From: Candidatus Hodarchaeota archaeon
GTDB lineage: Archaea > Asgardarchaeota > Heimdallarchaeia > Hodarchaeales > Hodarchaeaceae
Length of the DNA: 14,529 bases
Assembly: GCA_016839785.1 (NCBI GenBank)
Contig: JAEOTQ010000122.1
Coordinates: forward strand, 1-14,529
Direction of reading: 5' to 3'
The number at the start of each line of letters is the position of its first letter. Within the stretch, counting starts at the first letter, position 1. The notes beneath the pieces are model-generated. The model saw nothing but the letters and a program-made list of their open reading frames with translations, was not told the DNA's origin and did no database searches. Below are positions 1-7,713 of the stretch, piece by piece. The position numbers and the translations under genes were made by a program.

Positions 1-1
1 A

Positions 2-1303
2 TCAGCAGGGATGGAAGTCGATGTTCAAACTAGGAAAACATTTGATTCAGTAGCTCATAGATTGATTATTGATAAAGTTAAAGGAAAAATGCTGAATAAA
101 GAAGATATGGATACTATTACTCAAGGTTTCATGAATGCCGAGATTTCTCCATCACATTCTTCAGCCTTCCTACTAAGTCAGCACTTTACAGAGTTTTCAC
201 TGGATGAAATAGAAGCGATGGCGCGTTCTTTTGCCGATTCAGGGAAAATTCATGATTTTGCGGCCCCTGTGTTTGATAAACACAGTATAGGAGGCGTTCC
301 AGGAAATAAAATTACTCTATTGATTGTTCCTATTCTTGCAGCAGCAGGTTTACTTATACCTAAAACCTCTACTCACGCGATTACTTCCGCGAGTGGTACT
401 GCGGATACCATGTCAGTTCTAGCTCCTGTAGAACTGAATGCTGATGAGGTTTTTGAGTTGGTCAAAAAAACCAAAGGATGTATTGTTTCAGGTCGTGATA
501 TGGGAATAGCTCCTGTAGTCGACAGAATTATCAAAGAAGCAGCATTTCCATTAGGTATTGACCCAGAATCATTATTTCTAGCAGGTATTTTAGCCAAGAA
601 ATTAGCTATGGGAGTTGATTTTATGTGTTTGGATATTCCTGTTGGTGGTGGAACGAAAGTGGAGAGTGAGGAAGATGGTAGAGCATTAGCACGTATGTTT
701 GTTAGTTTAGCTGCTAGACTAGGTATTAAAGCCGAGGCAGGTCTCACCTATGCTAATGTACCCGTTGGACATAGTATAGGTCCAACTTTGGAGGCTGCAG
801 AAGCGCTAGATGCCTTATCAGGAAAAGGACCTACCTCTTTAGTCGAAAAAAGTTGTGAACTAGCTGGGATTATTTTTGAACTGGCTGGTATGACTGGACG
901 TGGTCTTGGTAAACCATATGCTGCAGATATATTACATAGTGGAAGAGCATTAAAAAAGATGCGAGAAATAATCGATGGACAAGGTGGTAATCCCGATATA
1001 ACTTCTAAGGAACTTCGAGAGCAATTGAAGGACAAACCTTTTCTGTCTTATCTAGCTCCTGGAGATGGGTGGCCTCATACATGGAATAATTATGCATTGA
1101 AAGAGATTGCTCGAGCTGCAGGGGCACCAGGAGACCGATTAGCGGGAATCCAAATATTAACGAAGAAAGAATCCGTCCGTAAAGGTGAAGAAGTATTTCG
1201 TGTTTATGCATCCTCAGATTCAGCTTTGGACGAAGTTAGGGGGCTGATAGCAAAACTACGTCCCGTAATCGTTGAAAGTGTTCTTCTGGAAAGAATATCA
1301 TAA
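2..1303 (+). CDS. deoA: AMP phosphorylase (thymidine/pyrimidine-nucleoside phosphorylase family, archaeal type), 5'-truncated by window edge
   Basis: Contains DKHSIGGVPGNKITLLIVPILAAAGLLIPKTSTHAITSASGTADTM, AKKLAMG, LDIPVGGGTKV, GHSIGPTLEA and IARAAGAPGDRLAGI, all typical of archaeal AMP phosphorylases. The frame is open from position 2 (TCA GCA GGG ATG), and these enzymes are about 500 aa with an extra N-terminal domain, so the true start probably lies upstream of the window. Confidence 0.93.
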   Translation, partial: SAGMEVDVQTRKTFDSVAHRLIIDKVKGKMLNKEDMDTITQGFMNAEISPSHSSAFLLSQHFTEFSLDEIEAMARSFADSGKIHDFAAPVFDKHSIGGVPGNKITLLIVPILAAAGLLIPKTSTHAITSASGTADTMSVLAPVELNADEVFELVKKTKGCIVSGRDMGIAPVVDRIIKEAAFPLGIDPESLFLAGILAKKLAMGVDFMCLDIPVGGGTKVESEEDGRALARMFVSLAARLGIKAEAGLTYANVPVGHSIGPTLEAAEALDALSGKGPTSLVEKSCELAGIIFELAGMTGRGLGKPYAADILHSGRALKKMREIIDGQGGNPDITSKELREQLKDKPFLSYLAPGDGWPHTWNNYALKEIARAAGAPGDRLAGIQILTKKESVRKGEEVFRVYASSDSALDEVRGLIAKLRPVIVESVLLERIS

Positions 1304-1539
1304 CTTCATGATTACTTTTATCGACCGATCCATGATCTTCGATGTGACATTTGGTTGTGAATTTTAAGTCATAGAGACACCACGATAGAACTGTGATCTA
1401 AAAACCTAAGTGAGGAAGCTAGAATTTTCTTTAGTCAATCATTAGCAGTTCAAGAGAATTTATTTGACAATACTTTAAAATAACAAAACCATTAAAAACA
1501 ATACAACTAGATTTAACATAAGCCATTCAGGTGAACCGA

Positions 1540-1932
1540 TTGCTAGAGAATGATGACGCTGAAATAATGGATAGGTTGACAGAAATTGAACGGATTCTGA
1601 AAGATGTTCAAAGCAGGATACCAGACTTGGAAGGACTTGCGGTCGTAACCAGAGATGGATTACCCATTGCAAGTGCTCTTTACACGAATACCGACGAAGA
1701 TCGTATTTCTGCCATGACAGCAGCAAGTTTATCGCTCTCAGAAAGAGTGGTTGTTGAGCTAGAGAGAGGGATTATGGAACAAGTGATTATCACTGGATCT
1801 AATGGATTGGTTATCATTCGTGATTCTGGAGAACATGCCGTTCTAGTAGGCATTGCTCGAATCGATGCAAAATTAGGATTAATCTTGTTAGATATGAAGC
1901 GCGCAGCAAAAAAACTCGCCGCTATGATTTAA
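1540..1932 (+). CDS. Roadblock/LC7 (MglB/LAMTOR2-like) domain protein
   Basis: About 130 aa with the Roadblock pattern: helix, GLAVVTRDGLPIAS, DEDRISAMTAASLSLSERVVVELERG, QVIITGSNGLVII, AVLVGIA, KLGLILLDMKRAAKKL. Start is uncertain: GTG 1531, TTG 1540 (5 nt after AGGTGA at 1529-1534) or ATG 1567. Confidence 0.92.
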   Translation: MLENDDAEIMDRLTEIERILKDVQSRIPDLEGLAVVTRDGLPIASALYTNTDEDRISAMTAASLSLSERVVVELERGIMEQVIITGSNGLVIIRDSGEHAVLVGIARIDAKLGLILLDMKRAAKKLAAMI

Positions 1933-2090
1933 TTCTCCTTCTCCGATATATAACTTACTTTCCCAGCTTCAATTTAGATTGCTATTCTACCTGTCGAATT
2001 TGTCCGACAATTAGTATTCATATACAAAAATACTTGAAGCTATTTTCTACAATCTTGAATTAACTTTTAGAGTAAACACTGGGATTTCTT

Positions 2091-2873
2091 ATGAAGGATT
2101 CTACACATTTAATTATTGGTCTGGGGGAAGTGGGCACTGCAATTAAAGAGATTATCGAGGATGCTGGAAACAAATTTGATGTGCTTGATATCGACATTCG
2201 ACCTCAAACATCCACATCGTTCGATTTTCTTCATTTGTGTTTTCCCGATTCAACAGATTTTGCAATCATTGCTAATGAATATTTGAAGGAATACTCGTCT
2301 TCAAATTCGATCGCAATTATACATTCAACAATTAATCCAGGAACTACTCAAAAAATAGCTGAATTTTTCCCAAGAGTGGCATATAGTCCGATCCGTGGAA
2401 CACACCCGAATCTTAAACCTTATATTCTTCATTTTCAAAAATTTGTGGCAACTACTGATTCCGTGGTCGGAGCTACCGTAACAAAATTATATGAGTACTT
2501 AAATATCCCTATTACTCTCTTGGTTGAGGATCCTAAGTCACTTGAATTCGCTAAGAATTTGAATACTACTTTTTATATGCATTTAATTATCTTTACTCAA
2601 GCAGTGGCGAAGTTAGCAAAAGACAATGATTTGAATCTTACTACTATCACCGAATTTATTGAATCAACGGGAGATCGATGTCTTCTACCCTATGCTCAGG
2701 CAATCGGTGGTCATTGTCTAATTCCTAACGCAAAAACTCTATCAAAATATTTACCCTTAGCTGAATACTTGATAAAACATAATGAACAATTCACTGCGGA
2801 ATTCAAAGGCGAGAAAATTCGATTTAAAGAAGGATCGAAAGATCCTTACTTCCCTAAATGGAAAAGATGCTAA
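2091..2873 (+). CDS. Short UDP-glucose/GDP-mannose dehydrogenase-family protein (NAD-binding and central domains only)
   Basis: Rossmann motif IIGLGEVG, HSTINPGTT (family STxxPGTT), YSPIRG, EFAKNLNT (catalytic Lys region) and IGGHCLIPN (catalytic Cys motif GGxC). Only 260 aa, against about 390-450 aa for canonical members. Confidence 0.8.
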   Translation: MKDSTHLIIGLGEVGTAIKEIIEDAGNKFDVLDIDIRPQTSTSFDFLHLCFPDSTDFAIIANEYLKEYSSSNSIAIIHSTINPGTTQKIAEFFPRVAYSPIRGTHPNLKPYILHFQKFVATTDSVVGATVTKLYEYLNIPITLLVEDPKSLEFAKNLNTTFYMHLIIFTQAVAKLAKDNDLNLTTITEFIESTGDRCLLPYAQAIGGHCLIPNAKTLSKYLPLAEYLIKHNEQFTAEFKGEKIRFKEGSKDPYFPKWKRC

Positions 2874-2939
2874 AAATATCCATCATTGATGTATTATACG
2901 AGATTTATTCAAGAAAAGTTTTTCTTATCCTTGAAATTA

Positions 2940-2949
2940 TTTTATAAAA
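2940..2949 (+). promoter_or_regulatory. Putative archaeal TATA box (TTTTATAAAA) upstream of the membrane-protein gene
   Basis: TTTATA core in the 2874-3028 intergenic region. The background is AT-rich, so support is weak. Confidence 0.35.
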
Positions 2950-3028
2950 ACCTCTATAAGAGTGCTGATTGCTGAAAAGCTATCCTCTAAATTTCTCTTG
3001 TATCGGTTTATTAAGGAGTTTATGGTAT

Positions 3029-3469
3029 ATGGCAGAAAACAACAAAATGGCTTATTACGTTGGAACATTTGTATTTGTAATCGTTGGTTACTTCATTGCT
3101 TTATTTGTTCAGGATTTACTGTATAGTAACTTTCCCTCGGAACCCATTCTCGAAATATTTACTCTTGCTAGAGTGAGTGCGATATTTTCAGCCACTGTGT
3201 GGTTCATTTTCCTGTTTGTGGTCTACTGGGGTTCTACTCTGTTCATTGATTCTGGTGAAAGAACTGGATTAATTTCAATTACCTTTTTCATAACTCTTCT
3301 CATTGCTACATTTGGAATGGTCATGGCTTTTATAATCTTTGACTTAATCAATACCGCTTCAACAACTATAAATCTGGACTACATCCTAGACAGCTATTTC
3401 GGGGTTTTAAAGGAAAGTTTAGCTCCAGCTGTAGCAGCCACATTCGGTTATAGTAATAAATCGAAGTAG
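3029..3469 (+). CDS. Hypothetical integral membrane protein (about 146 aa, 3-4 TM helices)
   Basis: Hydrophobic segments YYVGTFVFVIVGYFIALFV, IFSATVWFIFLFVVYWGSTLFI and LISITFFITLLIATFGMVMAFIIF. ATG 3029 follows AAGGAG (3013-3018) and is preferred over TTG 2969 in the ORF track. Confidence 0.75.
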   Translation: MAENNKMAYYVGTFVFVIVGYFIALFVQDLLYSNFPSEPILEIFTLARVSAIFSATVWFIFLFVVYWGSTLFIDSGERTGLISITFFITLLIATFGMVMAFIIFDLINTASTTINLDYILDSYFGVLKESLAPAVAATFGYSNKSK

Positions 3470-3502
3470 AAATTTAATTCCTCCCTTTCTTTTTTACTCG
3501 TA

Positions 3503-3509
3503 TAGGTGA
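3503..3509 (+). promoter_or_regulatory. Ribosome-binding site (TAGGTGA) of the thiolase gene
   Basis: AGGTGA lies 9 nt upstream of ATG 3519 and matches the archaeal GGAGGTGA Shine-Dalgarno consensus. Confidence 0.6.
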
Positions 3510-3518
3510 AGATATCGA

Positions 3519-4703
3519 ATGAAAGACGTAGTCATTGTAGAAGCTGTTAGATCAGCAATAGGTACTTTTGGTGGTGCATTAAAAGATATGCAAGCCCCTG
3601 ATATTGCTGCCGACGTTATGAAGGCCGCAATTGCACGAACTGGATTGGAGAACTTAGCAGAGCAAATCAATGATGTTAGATTTGGGTGTTGCGTGGAGGA
3701 TAATCGCTATATGAATGTCACTCGGATTGCAGCATTACGAGCTGGAATTCCCAAAGAAGTACCTGCGGTTACCATCAATCGTGTGTGTACCTCCGCGATG
3801 GAAGCAATTGTTTCTGGGATGCATCAAATTCAAGCTGAACCTAGAAGCGAGATTATTCTTGCTGGCGGGGTTGAATCTATGAGTACTATCCCCTATTTAT
3901 CTTACGACATGCGTTGGGGTTCACGTTATTTTGATAAGGTCTTTGTTGATGGAGTCATGGAGGGCCTTAAGGCTGGGGGTAATAAACTCATGGGAATGAC
4001 CGCCGAAATTTTAGCTGCAGAATTTAAATTGACTAGAGAAGAGCTAGATGAAATTGCATATCGTTCTCATCAGAATGCATTAAAGGCTACATCTTCTGGC
4101 CGATTTAAGGATGAAATTGTGCCAATCGAGGTGAAAACTCGAAAAGGAACGACTAAATTTGAGGTAGACGAACATCCACGTGATTATACTCCAGAACAAT
4201 TAGCGAAGATGCGTCCAGTGTTCAAAAAAGACGGAGTCGTAACTTCTGGAAATGCTTCAGGGATTAACGACGGAGCAGCTGCAATCTTAATCATGAGTGA
4301 ATCCAAAGCTGAGGATCTGGGATTGAAACCATTAGCAAAAATTGTAGGGTATGGTATCGGTGGGGTTGAACCTGATCGTATGGGAATGGGACCAGTTCCT
4401 GCAACTAAAAACTTGTTTTCTAAAACATCAGAATATTCTTTTGATGATGTTGGACTTATTGAAATGAATGAGGCGTTCGCGGCAACTTATCTTGCTGCTG
4501 AACGAGAAATGGGTTTTGATAGAAAAATTGCTAATGTAAATGGTTCGGGGATAGGTTTAGGTCATCCTGTGGGTTGTACTGGCTCACGTATCACCGTTAC
4601 CCTAATACATGAGATGATTAAACGTCAGGAATCTGTCGGCTTATCCACATTATGTGGTGGGGGTGGACTAGGTATGTCTCTTTTACTCACACGAGAGAAA
4701 TAG
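3519..4703 (+). CDS. atoB: Acetyl-CoA C-acetyltransferase (thiolase), bacterial-type
   Basis: VVIVEAVRSAIGTFGG, INRVCTSAMEA (catalytic Cys), LAGGVESMS, VTSGNASGINDGAAA, EMNEAFAA, NVNGSGIGLGHPVGCTGSRI (catalytic His) and LCGGGGLG (second Cys); 394 aa. The symbol is family-level, and substrate chain length cannot be determined from sequence alone. Confidence 0.95.
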   Translation: MKDVVIVEAVRSAIGTFGGALKDMQAPDIAADVMKAAIARTGLENLAEQINDVRFGCCVEDNRYMNVTRIAALRAGIPKEVPAVTINRVCTSAMEAIVSGMHQIQAEPRSEIILAGGVESMSTIPYLSYDMRWGSRYFDKVFVDGVMEGLKAGGNKLMGMTAEILAAEFKLTREELDEIAYRSHQNALKATSSGRFKDEIVPIEVKTRKGTTKFEVDEHPRDYTPEQLAKMRPVFKKDGVVTSGNASGINDGAAAILIMSESKAEDLGLKPLAKIVGYGIGGVEPDRMGMGPVPATKNLFSKTSEYSFDDVGLIEMNEAFAATYLAAEREMGFDRKIANVNGSGIGLGHPVGCTGSRITVTLIHEMIKRQESVGLSTLCGGGGLGMSLLLTREK

Positions 4704-4987
4704 TCTTTTTCAAAGAAATCATCCAATGTGGGACGCGTTTCCCACTCCCTTCTCTTTTTCGAACTAATTTTAGTCAGTACATGCAGATTTCGCGAGGTAC
4801 TTCTGCTACAATCAAATTGAATTTTGAAACAGGCTTTATCAGGAGTACATTCACCCTCAAAGAGATAATTATCATCAGTTTGAATTTTTAATTGACCAAC
4901 TTTTGGATGGCGACAATAGCAGAGTATTCTTTCTTTTCCACTATTGTTGGTCTTTTCTAGTTCTCTGAAGAATGAATCAAAGGGCAT
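4625..4987 (-). CDS. Hypothetical small Cys-containing protein, convergent with and overlapping the thiolase gene
   Basis: 120-aa ATG-started ORF filling otherwise empty sequence 4704-4987, with protein-like composition. A TATA-like TTTAAATA lies on the minus strand about 50 nt upstream (near 5038-5045). The last ~25 codons overlap the thiolase 3' end. Confidence 0.55.
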   Translation of the reverse strand: MPFDSFFRELEKTNNSGKERILCYCRHPKVGQLKIQTDDNYLFEGECTPDKACFKIQFDCSRSTSRNLHVLTKISSKKRREWETRPTLDDFFEKDYFSRVSKRDIPSPPPPHNVDKPTDS

Positions 4988-5507
4988 TTGAAGTGATCCT
5001 ATGTCATCGCTACTGTAGTAGGAACAAAGTCATTCTTTATTTAAAAATGTATGATTTAAGTCGGCTTAAAAACTTATTTGTTTTCATTTCTTTTTTATCA
5101 ATTTATATTCTCAGGTTTGGTTCATTGATTGCCTGAGTAGTCATTGATGGAATGATTATTTTGAATGAAGACACGAAAGAACGATCTATTGAGGTAAATT
5201 AATTTACTGAATCAATCCTACATTTAAATAAGACCTAACGAGAAGTCTAATTGAAAAATAGATGTGACTGTAATTCCTGAGGGCTACCCCTAAATCATGG
5301 TCATCTTTGTTCCTTAATCCACTATTAATCAGAATTTAGAGATCAAATCTGTACTAATTCACTCCTTAATTAAGTTTGAATCGGCTTAATACTCTATTAA
5401 CCCTCGATTCTTTTTTATGAAGGAATGTTCTTGGTAAGAAGAAATGCAAGAAGAGAATTTCACTTGTTATACCAATTTTGGACATCCGAACATAGTCATC
5501 GAAGTGT

Positions 5508-5518
5508 AAACTTATATG
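5508..5518 (+). promoter_or_regulatory. Putative TATA box of the methyltransferase gene (AAACTTATATG), spacing consistent with a leaderless transcript
   Basis: TTATAT at 5512-5517, preceded by purines and about 26 nt before ATG 5543. No Shine-Dalgarno sequence is visible. Confidence 0.45.
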
Positions 5519-5542
5519 ACAAGTATTGAAAAATGATGTTTT

Positions 5543-6304
5543 ATGAGTAATTCCCTTTTATCTGGTGGAAACCATTATGATTTGCTGATTAATTGGGACA
5601 AAAGGTTAGCCAACGAGATTCCATTTCTTACTAATGCTTTTTCTGAACATTTACCAGCTAGAAGTTCAATCTTATCGGTTGGTTGTGGAACAGGAAGGCA
5701 TCTAGAAGAATTAAGTAAATCGTTCGAGAGTACCCTGATTGGCACTGATCTTGATCCTACTATGATTGAGGAGGCTAGAAAAAGATTTCCTGAAGCTGAA
5801 CTTATCGTAGGGGATTTTCTTGATCCTAAATTATTCCAAGGGAGAAAATTTGACGCTATCTACAGTTTAGGAAATTCAATCGGTTTGATTGCAGCTTCTT
5901 CTTTATCATTTAAGCCAGTTATAAACAAGCTCAGCTCTCACCTAAAAACTTCTGGAATCTTAGTATTTCAAATATTAAATACTATGAAGGAGCGAAACGG
6001 GTGGTCATCTCCGAGAAGTGTTCGGATGTCTGAAGGTGAATATGTTTTTCTAAGAGGATTTACGACTACAGAGAATTTCATCCATCCTGAAATCGTTACT
6101 CTTTTTCGCTCTTCAGAAGTTTCTGATTACGAATTAGTTACAACAGGGAAAACTAATATTCCACGAATATCTGTACAGAAGATGAAACAATTATTGGAAG
6201 AGGCTGACTTAAATGAAATTAAAGTGTATGGCAATTATCAAAAGGATTCATTTGATGAGTTCTCTTCACCTGATATGATATTTTCATGTGAGAAATCTGG
6301 ATAG
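5543..6304 (+). CDS. Class I SAM-dependent methyltransferase (glycine/sarcosine N-methyltransferase-like)
   Basis: Motif I ILSVGCGTGRH, motif II GTDLDPTMIEEAR, VGDF, FDAIYSLGNS and LKTSGILVF. The N-terminal YDLLINWDKRLANE and the LGNS motif resemble glycine/sarcosine N-methyltransferases. Confidence 0.9.
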   Translation: MSNSLLSGGNHYDLLINWDKRLANEIPFLTNAFSEHLPARSSILSVGCGTGRHLEELSKSFESTLIGTDLDPTMIEEARKRFPEAELIVGDFLDPKLFQGRKFDAIYSLGNSIGLIAASSLSFKPVINKLSSHLKTSGILVFQILNTMKERNGWSSPRSVRMSEGEYVFLRGFTTTENFIHPEIVTLFRSSEVSDYELVTTGKTNIPRISVQKMKQLLEEADLNEIKVYGNYQKDSFDEFSSPDMIFSCEKSG

Positions 6305-7603
6305 GTGAGTACCTTCTTCGTTGTCACAAACAAAAAACTAGAAAATATTGATCCTAATCTGTCTCACATCAATTTTGCTAATTCTTGGTCTATATATTAT
6401 GATAAAGGAATTATTAATGGTAAGAATTATTTATACACTGGATCAAATAGGAATCCTTATCTCAACGAAATTTTTCTGTGTGCAAGTCCTGAAGAAATAC
6501 GGTTGGAGGAATTTTTTGATGTTTCGGACGGGTATTGCATAATACTTTTTCTAGACTGCGAAATCATTGTTCTCACCGATCGATATGGAAAAATTCCCAT
6601 TTTTTATAGTAAATCAAAAGTTAGCATTATTCTTACCACAGACCTTGATGACGACTTTTCAGAAGAATTAATACTTCTAAATCCAAATAAGTATATTTCT
6701 ATTGATTTAAACTCTGATACTATTGAATTAACGGATAAACCTCCAATCGTTGCTTATTCTCATCAAACTGATGAAGCTGGATTCATTAAACATCTCTCTA
6801 GAGAAAGTGAAACTGCTGTTATGAATTCGATCGGGAAATACCGCAATATTGGCCTTCTCTATTCTGGCGGTGTTGATTCCTCCATCATTGCGTTGATTTT
6901 GAAGAAGAATAATGTTCCTTTCACCGCGTATGTAGTTGGAGTAGCTAACTCTCCAGATGTAATTATGGCACAAAGAGCTTCTAAAATATTGGATATCGAT
7001 CTTCAAATCGTGTTAATAGATGAATATCTAGTCGAGAGAGATTTGAAGGAAATTGATGAAATCATCCAGACTAAACTATTTTCTACTACAATAACCACAG
7101 TGCCTAGAGTTGTGTCACTAGAAGTAGCTATAGTTCTTTATTTTGGAATTAAAAAAGCCTCCGAAGATGAATGTGATGTCATTTTTTCTGCAATTGGGAC
7201 TGAGGAATTCTTTATAGGATTTTCTCTTGAATCACGACACTTAGACCAGAATAGAACATTATTAGATATTACTCTTAGAAAGATGGAATCAATCTACACT
7301 CGAGATATGTATAGAAATTATCGCTTATCATCTCACTTCAACATTGGATTGAAGACCCCATTTGTTTCAACTAAACTATATGAACTTGCGTTAGCTATTC
7401 CTATAAAGCTGAAAGTTCAAAATGAGATTAAAAAGTTTATTTGGAGAAGAACTGGCCTCTCAATGGGATTACCTAAAGAAATTGCTGACAGAAAAAACAA
7501 AGCAACCCAATTTGGTAGTTCATCTAGCAAATTGATCTCTAAATTGGCTAAAAAACATGGACACAAATACAAATCTGATTTTATTTTACAATTTCTTCCA
7601 TAA
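6305..7603 (+). CDS. Asparagine synthetase B-related protein (PP-loop ATP pyrophosphatase with degenerate glutaminase domain)
   Basis: TDRYGKIPIFY (AsnB RDxxGxKPLYY), PP-loop LLYSGGVDSS, VGVANSPDV, SAIGTEEFFIGF (cf. SGxGADELFGGY), LKTPF, KFIWR and LPKEIADRKNKATQFGS. The N-terminus is MSTFF, without the Cys2 nucleophile. Confidence 0.85.
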   Translation: MSTFFVVTNKKLENIDPNLSHINFANSWSIYYDKGIINGKNYLYTGSNRNPYLNEIFLCASPEEIRLEEFFDVSDGYCIILFLDCEIIVLTDRYGKIPIFYSKSKVSIILTTDLDDDFSEELILLNPNKYISIDLNSDTIELTDKPPIVAYSHQTDEAGFIKHLSRESETAVMNSIGKYRNIGLLYSGGVDSSIIALILKKNNVPFTAYVVGVANSPDVIMAQRASKILDIDLQIVLIDEYLVERDLKEIDEIIQTKLFSTTITTVPRVVSLEVAIVLYFGIKKASEDECDVIFSAIGTEEFFIGFSLESRHLDQNRTLLDITLRKMESIYTRDMYRNYRLSSHFNIGLKTPFVSTKLYELALAIPIKLKVQNEIKKFIWRRTGLSMGLPKEIADRKNKATQFGSSSSKLISKLAKKHGHKYKSDFILQFLP

Positions 7604-7651
7604 TCGGTTGATTGATGAAAAAAGATAAACAATCTGAACATTAATCAACGA
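7604..7651. repeat. Inverted repeat / stem-loop immediately after the AsnB-like stop codon
   Basis: GTTGATTGATG (7607-7617) pairs with CATTAATCAAC (7639-7649), 11 bp with one G-U pair. The stem extends by TC/GA across a one-base bulge. Confidence 0.5.
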
Positions 7652-7713
7652 AATTACGGCAAAAGTTAACGATGCGCAATGTTTATAAATGTTGAACAAC
7701 CGCAATAATCTGA

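Noticed and set aside
373-1211. Minus-strand ORFs 373-747, 748-1035 and 1005-1211
   Set aside because: Entirely antisense to the well-conserved AMP phosphorylase, with no recognisable motifs.
1475-1726. Minus-strand 83-aa ORF
   Set aside because: Mostly antisense to the Roadblock gene, with no protein-family signal.
4652-4891. Plus-strand 79-aa ORF
   Set aside because: Starts inside the thiolase in another frame and conflicts with the more protein-like minus-strand ORF 4625-4987.
5444-5509. 21-aa ORF MQEENFTCYTNFGHPNIVIEV as a lasso/RiPP precursor for the methyltransferase and AsnB-like enzymes
   Set aside because: Too short for leader plus core. It has no convincing lasso leader pattern or SD, there is no RRE or leader peptidase gene nearby, and it lies upstream of the likely TATA box of the methyltransferase.
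4988-5542. Replication origin, CRISPR array, tRNA or IS element in the long intergenic region
   Set aside because: No ORB-like repeats with G-strings or adjacent orc1/cdc6, no regularly spaced direct repeats, no cloverleaf, and no transposase remnant or terminal inverted repeats visible.
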